This document shows, piece after piece, positions 13,447-26,662 of a DNA stretch of 64,000 nt. How positions within the stretch are numbered: position 1 is the stretch's first letter; each line of letters opens with the position of its first letter. The notes beneath the pieces are model-generated. The model was not told where the DNA came from. It ran no database searches and saw only the letters and a program-made list of their open reading frames with translations. The stretch comes from Octopus bimaculoides (taxonomy: Eukaryota). The stretch covers positions 31,902,867 through 31,966,866 of the forward strand of contig NC_068987.1 of the NCBI RefSeq assembly GCF_001194135.2, read 5' to 3'. Position numbers and translations under genes: made by a program.

Positions 13447-13895
13447 AGGCTGCGAACTGGTAGATTCGTTAGCACGCCGGCCAAAATACTTTATGGCATT
13501 TCGTCCGTCATTACGGTCAGAGCTCAAATTCCGTCGAGGTCGACTTTGTTTTTCATCCTTTCTAGGTCTATAAAATAAGTACCAGTTGAACACTGGTGTC
13601 GATGTGATCGACTTATCCCATCCCCTAATTTGCTGGCCTTGTGCCAAAATTTGAAAGCATTATTATTATTATTATTAATTAGCTTTATTATTATTATTAT
13701 TAGGCGGCGACCTGGCAGAATCATTAGCATGCCGGACAAAATGTTTAGCATCATTTCGTCTGCGTTTACATACTGAGTTCAAATTCCACCTAGATCGACT
13801 TTGCCTTTCCTTTTTTTGTGGGGGAACGATAGAATAAGTATCAGTGAAGTACCAGATTCCATGTAATCTGCTGAACCTGTGCCAAAATTTGAAAC
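13447..13895 (+). mobile_element. Two tandem SINE family B copies separated by (ATT)n
   Basis: Head ggcggcga(g/c)ctggcagaatc..., B-box-like gagttcaaattcc, body gtcgactttgcctttcatcc...agtaccag, tail ggccttgtgccaaaatttgaaa. Confidence 0.8.
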
Positions 13896-13939
13896 CATTA
13901 TTATTATTATTGAAATTCTTTTTGGTCTCAAATTTCTGC

Positions 13940-14320
13940 CAGCTGGCATTATTATTATTATTGAGTGAGAGAGCAGTACATGCTATCATAGTGACACTGG
14001 GGTACATATATACGAAACCCAATAAACCCATCATGACTGCATATCCGATAAGGGTACACTAGGCACATGCATCACAACCATATGTGCGCGACACGGTGAT
14101 CTCATATCAAGATAAACAGCGTATGACCTTGCAGGTGGGGCCCAGTTAGAATTTTCTTCAGGTTGAGTGGCCCATACCGCTCAAGAGGTCCCTGAATAAT
14201 GTTTGTTTAAGGATGATGAGCGAAATACCCATGTTTCCAGAGGTGGATTATTCAAACCCCAAAGAATTCTTCTCAACATATTGCTATGATGTTTCCCCCA
14301 CTACTACTGCTCGTGATCAG
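13940..14320 (-). mobile_element. 3' end of a non-LTR retroelement terminating in (AAT)n (R4/Dong-like, inferred)
   Basis: Non-microsatellite repeat-like sequence ending gcatgtactgctctctcactc-aataataat on the minus strand. No coding evidence. Confidence 0.35.
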
Positions 14321-14329
14321 ATACACATA

Positions 14330-14660
14330 TCGTCAGCATGCTCAACTGGTTAAGGTAAAACAACTGACGAGAAAATCTGTGGTATTGAGCAGAATATTTG
14401 ATGTAGCCCATCTTATATATCAAGGCAAAACAATGTACATGATAACACTTCCAATCAATTAAGATCAAAGCCATTGTTGGCTCTCGAGTCATTACTGCAA
14501 AAGTTAGGAGTAAACAGTTTGAGTTAGAGTACTGGAAAGATTTGTCGGCAAATGTCTTCGTAATGATATCGGGCAACACAGAGGTGGAGGTAGTTCGAAC
14601 CATTCTGAAGGAATACGAAGCGATAACAGGAGTAAAGATAAATCTGGGCTAGTCTGAAGA
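14330..14660 (+). mobile_element. Tx1/L1-clade reverse transcriptase fragment
   Basis: LLALESLLQKLG...SANVFVMISGNTEVEVVRTILKEYEAITGVKINLG*SE, matching the RT region around and after YADD (..YE..TG.KIN..KS). Confidence 0.6.
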
Positions 14661-14724
14661 CACACGCACAAAACACAAATACTAAACACATAAACACGTA
14701 CACACACGCGCGCACACACGCGCG

Positions 14725-14783
<59 letters not shown>

Positions 14784-15094
14784 TCAAATAGAGACGCAAA
14801 CGCATGAGCAGATGACGATGCACGCATAGAAAGACAGAATGGATTAAACAGAACAGGAGGAGACACGTGACCAAGAGGAGAGTCGTTGAAGAGGTCAGAG
14901 GATGTGTGACGAAAGATTTGAGGCAAAGGATACTGAAATAAGGATGATAATGAAGCTGAAATGAAGAACAAGTATATAGTGCCTGCGGATAATTAGCAAC
15001 AAAAAAAAAAATGACCATCCCCAAATATGAGTGTGTAAGTGTGTGTGTGTTATAGGCGCAAGCATTGCTGTGTGGTAAGAAGGTTGCTTTCCAG

Positions 15095-15359
15095 GCGAGC
15101 TGGCAGAAACGTTAGCACGTAGAAACGTAACGCGTCGAGCTGGCAGAAACGTTAGCACGCCGGACGAAATGCGTAGCGGTATTTCATCTGCCGTTACGTT
15201 CTAAGTTCAAATTCCGCCGAGGTTGACTTTGCCTTTCATCCTTTCGGGGTCGATAAATTAAGTACCAGTTACGCACTGGGGTCGATATAATCGACTTAAC
15301 CCGTTTGTCTGTCCTTGTTTGTTCCCTCTATGTTTAGCCCCTTGTGGGCAATAAAGAAA
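15095..15359 (+). mobile_element. SINE family B with duplicated head, nested in a family A head
   Basis: Flanked by taagaaggttgctttccag (15076-15094) and taagaagcttgctttccag (15360-15378). Confidence 0.8.
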
Positions 15360-15689
15360 TAAGAAGCTTGCTTTCCAGCGATATGGTCTTAGGTCGAGTC
15401 CCACTGTGCGGCACTATTGGCTTTGTGCCAACCAAAGCTTTGTGAATTGATCTCTTAAATGCAAATTGAAAGAAAAGTGTGTTATACATGTATGTGTGTG
15501 TTCTATAATAGAAGACATTTGTATAAAGAGCCATTCAATGGGAATGAACGAGAAACTATGTATTTGCAAAGTAAACACACTTACACCCATATCTATATGT
15601 ATTTAGTCTCACTCTGTAATTTGACTCAAGAACCTTTTCAGGCACTTCGCATAAGAAGTGACCTGATTGGTTTCAAACTGACAGAATCA

Positions 15690-15885
15690 GTAACGTGATG
15701 GGCTAAATGCTTAACAGCATTTCTTTTGGTGCTTTACGCTCTGAGTTCAAATACCGCCGAGGCTAGCTTTGTATTTCATCCTTTTGGGGGTCGATAGAGT
15801 AAGGTACTAGTCAAGTACTGTTGTCGATATAATCAACTAACTCCTTTCCCCTAAAATTGCTGGCGTTGGGGCAAATTTTGAAACA
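15690..15885 (+). mobile_element. SINE family B, diverged
   Basis: ctgagttcaaataccgccgagg...tttcatccttttgggggtcgat. Confidence 0.7.
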
Positions 15886-16474
15886 ATTATTATTTAACAC
15901 TTCGATAGGACGCCAGAAAAATACTTTTCGTATTTCTTCCGGCTCTTTATGTGTCCGGGTTCATATTCCGATATGGGTAACTTTGCTTTCCATGCCCCTA
16001 AAATCGACAAAGTACATAAAGTTGGGTTGATGTAATCAGCTGTTTTCCTCCCTTACAATTTTTTGTCCTTGCGTCTTTGTTAGAAACAATCATTAAGAGT
16101 AGTGATTTAGTAGAATTTTTAGCGCATCGGACAAAAGCTAGTCGGTATTTTTTCTGGTCCTTTGCATTCTGAATTAAAATCATTCCAGTTTTGCTCCTCA
16201 TCCCTCTGATGTCAATAATATAGTATAACGATTAAGTATTGAAGTCAATGTAGTCGACCGACTAAACTCCTTATCGCATATTTCAAGTCTTGTTCCTATA
16301 TTAGAAATAATTATTTATTAAGCAAAGTAACTACTTAGAAAATTTCTATAAGAGATGAAAGAAGTAACTATTCTGAGAAGTAATGTTTGTCACCACTTCA
16401 ACATGGCTGTTCCGTACGAACCGGCGTTACTACTATTTTTAACCCCAAAAGGACGCCTCCTCTGCTATTTATTA

Positions 16475-16924
16475 TACTGGTCTGCATTTGGGATTTTTTT
16501 TAAATTTAAATTTTTTGGATGTGATTTTTCATATTGTTGGGTTGCTGATTTTAAATATCTAAACCATTTTGCTTCATCGCATAAGGATTTTCAATAAAAT
16601 ACAAATTAATGATAAAAAAAAATATGAATTTTTAATAAATTGTTACTTTATTAAAATGAAGCAAGTAATCATAGAAAAGCATATTCTGTTTGTTTTAAGA
16701 ATATATGTATTCCAAATCAACATGAAATGAATCATGTTCATCATGAAATGAATCATGAACCAACATAAAATCAAATGAATGTAACAAAAATATGCTCCTA
16801 ATGATTAGCCTACATATTGATTCAAAGGAAGGAGGACCACTTTGAATTCTGCTTGTGCTATGCATCCGAACCAACACCACGTTTCAATGACCAACAGTAA
16901 TCCGCCATCATGCTGATATTCCAT
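16475..16924 (-). mobile_element. 3' end of a Chapaev-like DNA transposon
   Basis: Minus strand 16923-16861 encodes WNISMMADYCWSLKR, a conserved transposase C-terminal motif (RYQGxWxxxMMADYCW). Possible terminus tactggtctgc at 16475. The superfamily assignment is from recall. Confidence 0.5.
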
Positions 16925-16934
16925 NNNNNNNNNN

Positions 16935-17075
16935 GTTCAAATTCCGCCGAGGTCGACTTTGCCTTTCATCCCTTTCGGGGACGATAAAACAAGTACCAGT
17001 CGAACACTGGGGTCGATGTAATCGACTTACCACCTCCCCCGGAATTGCTGGCCTTGTGCCAAGATTTGAAGCCAA
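16935..17075 (+). mobile_element. SINE family B, 3' part
   Basis: gttcaaattccgccgaggtcgactttgcc...ggccttgtgccaagatttgaa. Confidence 0.75.
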
Positions 17076-17677
17076 TATTTGGGCACACTTTCTCCCTTCA
17101 GAAACTATCAATAGACGTTAATATATTAAAGTGCTAACAATTTGTGACTGACACATTTACATAATGATAAATGTTTGACGACTGATAGTCGATAATTCTT
17201 ACAGTGACATCAATACAGTGTGAGCTATGAATAAATATGTATATGCACTGATACCTCTATTTAGTATCCTAATGAAATTAGATCCACAAACCATTAACTA
17301 TTAAGTAAAGCTGTGTCAGTCACAGAGTGTGCTTATATTTGAATAAGTAACCTCCAGTTACTATCTTTTGTAATTCTGAATTAGACACGCAAAAGCAGTG
17401 TTATGAATTAAACACACCCTTTCAGGGTTGTCATTATTGGTTTGTTTGAAATGCATTCATCGGTCCACTAAGACGCCCTGAAATGATTGTTGGTCTTTAA
17501 CGTCTGTTTCCTAAAGTGAGAATTTTCTACACAGCAAACCGCCGTGAAAATGATCTTTTTACAGGTCAATTGAGTCTCAAGATTATTTGAACAGATCTAA
17601 AGGTTGGATCTTTGGTGGTTAGGGAGAAAATAGGAACGAGAGGAACAGATCAGGAGAGAGAGATGGTGTGACTATTG

Positions 17678-17953
17678 TTGTTCTTGGCACTCCATCGCTT
17701 ACGACGTCGAGGGTTCCAGTTGATCCGATCAACAGAACAGCCTGCGCGTGAAATTAACGTGCAAGTGGCTGAGCACTCCACAGACACGTGTACCCTTAAC
17801 GTAGTTCTCGGGGATATTCAGCGTGACACAGTGTGACAAGGCTGACCCTTTGAATTACAGGCACAACAGAAACAGGAAGTAAGAATGAGAGAAGGTTCAC
17901 CATCCTGTGACCGCGAGACCACTGCCCCAACCACTGGGCCATTGCACCTCCAA
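17678..17953 (-). mobile_element. SINE family C, internally deleted copy
   Basis: Near-identical to 5703-5920 joined directly to the head. TSD ggtgtgactattg at 17665-17677 and 17954-17966. Confidence 0.8.
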
Positions 17954-19960
17954 GGTGTGACTATTGATGAGGTATTAATTAGCGCACCCTGTCCGGTTTT
18001 TGTGACTAAAAAGGAGATAACCAATCCGAAGTGTTTGCATATCACAGCCCGAGTAGGTGGCGCTGCGCTCAGATTTTGGGCGTATTTACACCATTTGTGT
18101 ACTGTGAGGAATTTTCTCCATTATAAAACACAGTGAATAGCTTTCTTACGGGTTCGAATATGTCCCAAACATATTTGAACTGGTAATGACCTTGTAATTA
18201 ATAATGGTTTTTAGTTTAGGCACAAGGGAAATACTTTTGAGAGAAAGGTTTTCGTGAATGCCATTGACACGATTTTACATTATTTCATCTCCGGAGAGAT
18301 GAAAGGCAAAGTTTACCTCGGTGAGATATGAACTCAGAACGTTTACGGAAGAAATAGAACGAACAATCCACCACCACTGAACTAATAATGTTAATTCATA
18401 ATGAAACTTCTGAATTCCGTCAGTTTCTGACTATCAAATCCACTCGCAAGGCCTTGGTCGGCCTGAGGCAATAACTGAAGATACTTGCCCAAGGTGCCAC
18501 GCAGTGGGACTGAACCTGGATCTAGTTTTTCATTCACAAAATATACATTTTTGAAAAGACTAAAAAATCTGAAAATCTTCTATAATAATAAAGTTTTCCA
18601 GTCTAATTGCTATGAAGGTATGATGTTGTGGGGGAAAAAAATTGGAGGAAAGAGTTAGAGAGTTTTAAAAATCGAAAAATTGTTTATTTTTAGCCAATAG
18701 CGAAATAGAAATTTTCTGCATTTAGCGGAGCGGTGTCAACTTTAAGGTTGTACCTTGTGAAATTTATAGTTTAGCGTCTGTGAAATGACCTCTAAATAAA
18801 CAGAAATACCTAATAAAATCAGCATGTATCATCTTACTGTTTCTTTTCTCTTCATTGATTGTATGTTTTTATTACTTTTTTTCAAATTTGTTATATTACA
18901 ATACTTGTCTGCATGTGTTTACTTTATGCTTATTTCAGCATTATGCATACCTGTCATGAATTTGTGTACATCATTAATATATAAGTGCATGTGTGTGTGT
19001 GTGTGTGTGATAAGGGGAAGTCCGTCTCCAAAACTTCAATGTTGAGTAACGTTTTCATGTTTGGATTTGTAAACTACGATAAGAATAACACTGGTCAACA
19101 AAGAATTTCTCCCAAGGAAATGAATACCTGTATCTTATATGTCTTTGAATGCAGAATTCAAAAATAATGTCAAATTATCTGTACTAAGTTCCCATATTCC
19201 ATTCACCTTCATAATGCCAAGAAACTATAAACATCGTAAACAACTTTTGCTATATATGAAAAATACGTAAAAATTAAGACAATTGACGAAAAATATCTAT
19301 AATAAAATTCTAATTGATAAATATAAATTTTTATCAAAATTAAACACGCGGGTGAAGTTAATCTCGTGGTGCGAAGAATCAACACATAGGGCCCTGCTAT
19401 CTGTTGATTGGCCAAATTCCCAACTTTAATTCCAAATAACATCAGATTCTTTAATTTTTGAGANNNNNNNNNNNNNNNNNNNNNNNNNNNNNNNNNNNNN
19501 NNNNNNNNNNNNNNNNNNNNNNNNNNNNNNNNNNNNNNNNNNNNNNNNNNNNNNNNNNNNNNNNNNNNNNNNNNNNNNNNNNNNNNNNNNNNNNNNNNNN
19601 NNNNNNNNNNNNNNNNNNNNNNNNNNNNNNNNNNNNNNNNNNNNNNNNNNNNNNNNNNNNNNNNNNNNNNNNNNNNNNNNNNNNNNNNNNNNNNNNNNNN
19701 NNNNNNNNNNNNNNNNNNNNNNNNNNNNNNNNNNNNNNNNNNNNNNNNNNNNNNNNNNNNNNNNNNNNNNNNNNNNNNNNNNNNNNNNNNNNNNNNNNNN
19801 NNNNNNNNNNNNNNNNNNNNNNNNNNNNNNNNNNNNNNNNNNNNNNNNNNNNNNNNNNNNNNNNNNNNNNNNNNNNNNNNNNNNNNNNNNNNNNNNNNNN
19901 NNNNNNNNNNNNNNNNNNNNNNNNNNNNNNNNNNNNNNNNNNNNNNNNNNNNNNNNNNNN

Positions 19961-19997
<37 letters not shown>

Positions 19998-20706
19998 CAT
20001 ATATATGGTTAATTATAGATGGCCAGGATTATTTTAAAGTCGGTTAACAACATTATTAGTTTTTTTTAATAATATTTTTTCAAAAAGCGAATTTACATAA
20101 GACGTAGGAAGCAAAACAACCAAATCGGTTGTATAGCTCAGTGCATCATTGAATATGTCGACGATGTCGACGATGATGATGATGATGATGATGATAATGA
20201 CGACGACATCGATGATAATGATAATGATGATGATGATAATAATAACGGTGACGACACGACGACGATGATAATGTTGTTAACGAAAGAGAATAAGTAAAAA
20301 CAATCCATTATATTATATTAAGCTTTTGCACCCATTCACGTTCAGCTTTAAGAAGCTACTTATATTTTAATTTCATATTGTTCATTTTGTACAATTATTA
20401 TCTCAATATAACTTTTATATACAAACAGAATTTACTTAAATATATTAAGAGTCGGGATGTTTTGTTCCGTTTTATCGTAAATACTATATTTTGATTATAT
20501 TTTGCATCCATACTCGGTATACATAGCTTTCTTTACTGTTTAGCTTATCCATCATTTTCCCCCTCTTTCTGTTCTTTTCTCGCAGTCTCTTTCTCTCCCC
20601 GCCATCTGCTCTTTTCGCTTCGTCTGTGTCTGACTTCCTTCTTGATATTAAAAGTATGAGTATGTGTATATCTATCTATCTATATATCTATCTATCTATC
20701 TATCTA

Positions 20707-20745
<39 letters not shown>

Positions 20746-20746
20746 C

Positions 20747-20782
<36 letters not shown>

Positions 20783-21426
20783 NNNNNNNNNNNNNNNNNN
20801 NNNNNNNNNNNNNNNNNNNNNNNNNNNNNNNNNNNNNNNNNNNNNNNNNNNNNNNNNNNNNNNNNNNNNNNNNNNNNNNNNNNNNNNNNNNNNNNNNNNN
20901 NNNNNNNNNNNNNNNNNNNNNNNNNNNNNNNNNNNNNNNNNNNNNNNNNNNNNNNNNNNNNNNNNNNNNNNNNNNNNNNNNNNNNNNNNNNNNNNNNNNN
21001 NNNNNNNNNNNNNNNNNNNNNNNNNNNNNNNNNNNNNNNNNNNNNNNNNNNNNNNNNNNNNNNNNNNNNNNNNNNNNNNNNNNNNNNNNNNNNNNNNNNN
21101 NNNNNNNNNNNNNNNNNNNNNNNNNNNNNNNNNNNNNNNNNNNNNNNNNNNNNNNNNNNNNNNNNNNNNNNNNNNNNNNNNNNNNNNNNNNNNNNNNNNN
21201 NNNNNNNNNNNNNNNNNNNNNNNNNNNNNNNNNNNNNNNNNNNNNNNNNNNNNNNNNNNNNNNNNNNNNNNNNNNNNNNNNNNNNNNNNNNNNNNNNNNN
21301 NNNNNNNNNNNNNNNNNNNNNNNNNNNNNNNNNNNNNNNNNNNNNNNNNNNNNNNNNNNNNNNNNNNNNNNNNNNNNNNNNNNNNNNNNNNNNNNNNNNN
21401 NNNNNNNNNNNNNNNNNNNNNNNNNN

Positions 21427-21465
<39 letters not shown>

Positions 21466-21467
21466 TA

Positions 21468-21680
21468 AGGTGGCGAGCTGGCAGATTCAGCAGCAAGCTG
21501 GCTGAATCGTTAGCACGCTGGGCAAGATGCTTAGCAACATTTTGTCTGTATTTATGTTTTGAGTTCAAATTCCACCTTCGGAGGTCGATAAAATTAGTAC
21601 TAGTTGAGCAGTAAGGTCGATCTAAATGACTTATTCCATCCTCCGAACTTGCTGATCTTGTGCCAAAATTTGAAACCAAT
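21468..21680 (+). mobile_element. SINE family B
   Basis: ggtggcgagctggcag...tgtgccaaaatttgaaacc, following (ATT)n. Confidence 0.7.
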
Positions 21681-22479
21681 ATATATTTTATTTTTGTTAA
21701 CTATTTCGTGCATGTTTTTATTGCATTACCGCTTTCAAATGACAATACTGCACGCATCTCTATGTACCTGAGGTCGGTGCAGCATTATCATTTGAAATTT
21801 TTAAATGTTTCATCAGTTTTGTATTGTTGTGACGTTTGTTTTATTGCTTTGGTAGTTTTTTACTGTTTCATCTGCAATGTAGAGCTTATGCATTTTGTGT
21901 TGTACAGGTTGCGATTGTGTTTCACATGTGTTAGGTAAGTGATGTGATGTGTACCAGTGTTGAACGGTGTCTGTCTAGAGTGAGTGCTATAAAGATTTGT
22001 GTTACGTGTTTTAGAGTTAGGTGGTAACTCTGTAGAGTATGTGCTTTTGCAGTTATGTTATCTGTTTGGCAGTTGTGTACTAAGTTGCTGGCTGCATGAG
22101 GGTTGTGATGTGACGTCAAATGTCGATTATATTGAATATATGTTAAATTATTGAGTGGTGATAACGTAGACTATATAACTTATGTGCTATTTTGTTGGGC
22201 TATATTGTTTGTTAGGGATTACGTAAAGTGGTGGTTCCCTATCCGATTTTGTAGCGGAGTCCTTATGCGATTTTCCAAAAATTATGGAACCTATATTCTA
22301 CAAACAAATTCCGCTTCCCTAATTATAATAATTATTAAATTAAACATAATTTTTTTAGAGAGATAATTTCGTTATATTTGAAAGAAATATATGATAAATA
22401 AATCATTAAAATGAAAAAAAAAAGCAGCGCTGGTTTTAGATATAAATCTGTAATTGATGTAAAATAATTCTCGAAAGCA

Positions 22480-22700
22480 GAATAATCCTTTCAACTATAG
22501 GCACAAGGTCTGACATTTTAAAGCAGGAAGTTAGTCGATTACCTCGACCCAAATGTTCAACTGCTAATTATTTTGTCGGCTCGAAAGGGATGAAAGGAAA
22601 AGTCAACCTCGCCGTTATTTGAATTCAGAACGTGAAGACAAGAAATGCTGCTAGGCATTTTTGTCCGGCGCGCTTACGATTCCACCAGCTCACCGCCTTT
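22480..22700 (-). mobile_element. SINE family B
   Basis: Reverse complement of the family B organisation. Confidence 0.7.
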
Positions 22701-22729
22701 GAAAGGAAAAATAATGCGAAGAATGTTAG

Positions 22730-24690
22730 TGGTTCCTGAACTGCAATAACCTCTGAAAATTTGGCTCAATAATGGATAATTGAATTCACGTATCTGATGC
22801 AGCATCCAGTCTGTTGTGATGTTTTGTTTTGTGCTAAGAAATTTAGAAAAACCAGTTTTGCATAGAACTCACAAACAAAACTCGAGTAATCCGTTTTTAT
22901 AAATCCGGATATTCGTCAAATATATCGTACCATAAAATTATTACCAGAACTCTTTCAAACTTAACTTTTAACTGTGTATCTGAATTAATATCAATTTAGT
23001 CTCTGTAATCCACTGCCGAAAATCCTATTGTTTCTTTCTGCATATGTAAATGGATTTCATTTTTACTAAGTAATAATACCATTTTATCGAAATTTGGAAG
23101 ATACCCAGAAATTCTAATGTAATATTCTGCAGAAATGATTTTTAATATCACTGCGGGTTTCAATCTCTAAAATCCAGTTCATATTCTCAAAGACAATCAC
23201 TAAAAATCAGAACGCTATGAAAAGTATTTTTTTCTACAGCTGAGATCCAGTATTACAATTTACTTGAAAACGGTACCACTTTATGGATCGGTTTGAAAGA
23301 ACTATCTTTTTCTTCTTACTGGGATAAACCAGTTCCAGCTACGCAAATCTTCAAAGTCATCCTGCATTTGTTAATCTATCGCAAATTTATGTTCGATAAA
23401 ATAGACCGACAGCTCCTTCTGTAATTTAAGCATTCTCACAAAAATACTATCTCGAGTGAGCTATCTAACATCTGTATGTAAAACTAAAATGTTCTAAAAT
23501 CCTACCCCTCTCTTCCCGTAAAGTTTTTAAAATCCCATTGCAATGGTCCAGGTGTAATAAAATTACTGTACAACATTGCTTCGCGTTGCATGCATGTAAT
23601 TATCAAATAAGTTCTGCTTTTAATGTCACAGGCAACGTCGTTAAATACATCTTGATAAGGTAGTGTTGCAAATAAATTCAGTTTCGACGACATTTTTAAC
23701 AGAATCTGCACTAAACTTTTACGTAAAAGTTAAATAAATAATCCATCAATATGTGCCTCACAAACAAGAGCACTGTTTTACTTCTGAGTTGAAATCCCTC
23801 CAACTTTACTCTTCAACTTCACTTTTCAACTTTCCGTAATCAGTAAAATAAAGCACCAATCAAGAACTGAGATAAGTAAATCAACTAAATGTTCCCTTCC
23901 AATTTTAGATGCTGACATATTTTTCTAGTTTTTTTTTTAATGTTCTTTGTCTTCCACTCCATTATCAAACGGGCAACAAACATCAATTACACAACACATT
24001 CTTTGAGTATGACAAATATCAGGACAGAAATGCTCTATTTGCCTATCTTCTGAACCTTCGTATCCAGTAGTATCTTTTCTCGTTTTCAAGGATATATTCT
24101 CTTTTATGGTTGCACCACTTTTCTGGATGTTCAAATCAAAAACTTTTACAAATTTGCCAATGCAAGTTGTCAGCTACTTTATAATGTTTTCAGATCTTAT
24201 AACCCTCTGAGCAAGCATCTGCCATTCAGAGACTAAATATGTTGCCATCTCTGTTCTTTCATCTATACAATGCAGCCTTCATACTCTACAATGCAGCCTT
24301 ATCTGTAATATATTCCTAATCAATATTCGTTCTTATACCTTATATAACTCGTTTTGATTGTTTAATCTTGCGCAAGTAGGATCAACTTCTCTGTCTCTTC
24401 AAAACTTCGTTTTTTAGCCGTCGGAATAACTCCCCATTTTCGATAACCTTCAGTATTATGCAAAAAATCATTCTGTATAAGCTTTTCTGTGCGAATCGTT
24501 GCTTTCTATAATAGCTTTGAAGATTTCATTGGATTCTTATTTATTCACCTAACATCGTCTCTCCTCTTACTGCTATGAAAAGAACCTTATCACTCTCATC
24601 AGCTTTTTAAAACTCGCTACATCTATTCTCTTATAGGCTTCAACAAGTGCCTGTTGATGTAAAGCTCTGTGAATTACCATATAAGTTCTA
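22730..24690 (-). pseudogene. Decayed Buster-type hAT transposase
   Basis: Motifs in the correct order on the minus strand: DERTEMA (cf. DESTDVA), TCMQREAM (cf. HCxIHREAL), LVLHTDVR*LTR...KLQKELSVYFIEHK (cf. LLHTEVRWLSRG), CKTGFSKFLSTK..HNRLDAASD.*IQLSIIEPNF (dimerisation domain). Confidence 0.75.
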
Positions 24691-24715
24691 TATTTTCTAG
24701 ATCTTTCTTTATCGT

Positions 24716-24716
24716 T

Positions 24717-24784
<68 letters not shown>

Positions 24785-24785
24785 T
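24716..24785. repeat. (TAC)n microsatellite
   Basis: Directly visible. Confidence 0.95.
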
Positions 24786-24789
24786 TTGG

Positions 24790-25095
24790 TAGTCTTATTT
24801 TTATCACGTGCTTTCACTGCACTACTGAGTGCAGCTCTGCGTACCCCGGGTATGTTCTGTGGCTTGTTGTGGTGCTCTTATTTTCACTGTATTGAAAGAG
24901 CTTTACGTAGGTTGTGCGCGGTATCTAGTAGTGTTATTTTCTGTATGTTATATACGTTCATAAGAGCTGGGGGTTTTGGTTACAATTTGGGATATGTATA
25001 GAGTTTCTTTTCTTCCAAAAGAATTAGACTTATCTTGGAAAACGTATATAAATTTGCTCAAGCTTATCGAATGCCAGGCGATTATGCACCACCTT
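24790..25095 (-). mobile_element. R4/Dong-like RLE-type non-LTR retrotransposon 3' end
   Basis: Reverse-complement homolog of 61160-61466; the 3' end runs into (TAG)n. Confidence 0.65.
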
Positions 25096-25109
25096 GAACG
25101 ATTTAGTCG

Positions 25110-25412
25110 AACAATATTCATATTTTTTTTTTTAGTTTGCTTCTTAGTCTATAGGTGATTTTGTACGAACCGCTAAGCTACAGGGATGTAAGCAAATCAA
25201 CACCATTTATCAAATGGTTATGGAGACAACACAAACACACATATGTATGTACACACGCACACATACGACGTGCTTCCTCAAAGTTTCCGTCTACCACATT
25301 TATTGACTAGACATTGGAGCTATCGAAGAAGACACTTGCCTAAGGTACTGCGCAATGAGACTGAACGCTAAATCATGTACCTGCAAAAGTACTTCTTAGC
25401 TACACAGCCATG
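25110..25412 (-). mobile_element. SINE family A, diverged
   Basis: gaagacacttgcctaaggtactgcgc...cttagctacacagcc. Confidence 0.65.
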
Positions 25413-25422
25413 CTTATTTATG

Positions 25423-25458
<36 letters not shown>

Positions 25459-25911
25459 NNNNNNNNNNNNNNNNNNNNNNNNNNNNNNNNNNNNNNNNNN
25501 NNNNNNNNNNNNNNNNNNNNNNNNNNNNNNNNNNNNNNNNNNNNNNNNNNNNNNNNNNNNNNNNNNNNNNNNNNNNNNNNNNNNNNNNNNNNNNNNNNNN
25601 NNNNNNNNNNNNNNNNNNNNNNNNNNNNNNNNNNNNNNNNNNNNNNNNNNNNNNNNNNNNNNNNNNNNNNNNNNNNNNNNNNNNNNNNNNNNNNNNNNNN
25701 NNNNNNNNNNNNNNNNNNNNNNNNNNNNNNNNNNNNNNNNNNNNNNNNNNNNNNNNNNNNNNNNNNNNNNNNNNNNNNNNNNNNNNNNNNNNNNNNNNNN
25801 NNNNNNNNNNAGGCTTCCAAAGAATAAGTTCTGGGGTCGATTTGCTCGACTAAAGGTGGTGCTCCAGCATAGCCACAGTCAAATGACTGAAACAAGTAAA
25901 AGAGTAAAAGA

Positions 25912-25987
<76 letters not shown>

Positions 25988-26494
25988 ATGTATGTATGTA
26001 GGTAGGTAGGTAGGTACACAGATATACATATATGCACATATAATACACATACATAACAAATACAAGCTCATGCGTATACACACACATACAAATATACACA
26101 CACATACAAATATGCACACACATAGAAGCGCACATAGATATATACACTCGCACGCATGTATATGCATACACGTCCACAGACACACACGTATACGTACATT
26201 CTTTTCTTTTTGCCCTTCAATTGGAGATTGAGTCATAAGAGAGCTATTATGACACACATCATATCTTGGGCACATACGTGTGTTACTTTAGTGTTCCACA
26301 CTGAGAGAAAGTACTCAACGTTGGCTGGAAGACAGTGAGATAGTGAATATTTATATCAGCAATTAAAGCCTGATAGTTTCTCAAGCATCTGAATAATCCC
26401 CGTCTCCACTCTACGAATGGGAATCCCAAGGAATTGCATGGTTTACTAAGTATAATTTTAATAATGAATCATATATATATATATATATGTATAT

Positions 26495-26622
26495 AGGTGC
26501 TGGAGTGGCTGTGTGGTAAGTAGCTTGCTTACCAACCACATGGTCCCGCGTTCAGTTTCACTGCGTGGCACCTTGGGCAAGTGTCTTCTACTATAGCCTC
26601 GGGCCGACCAAANNNNNNNNNN

Positions 26623-26662
<40 letters not shown>

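Noticed and set aside
23714-23731. Perfect 18-bp palindrome aacttttacgtaaaagtt
   Set aside because: Short, AT-rich and inside the hAT fossil; likely chance.
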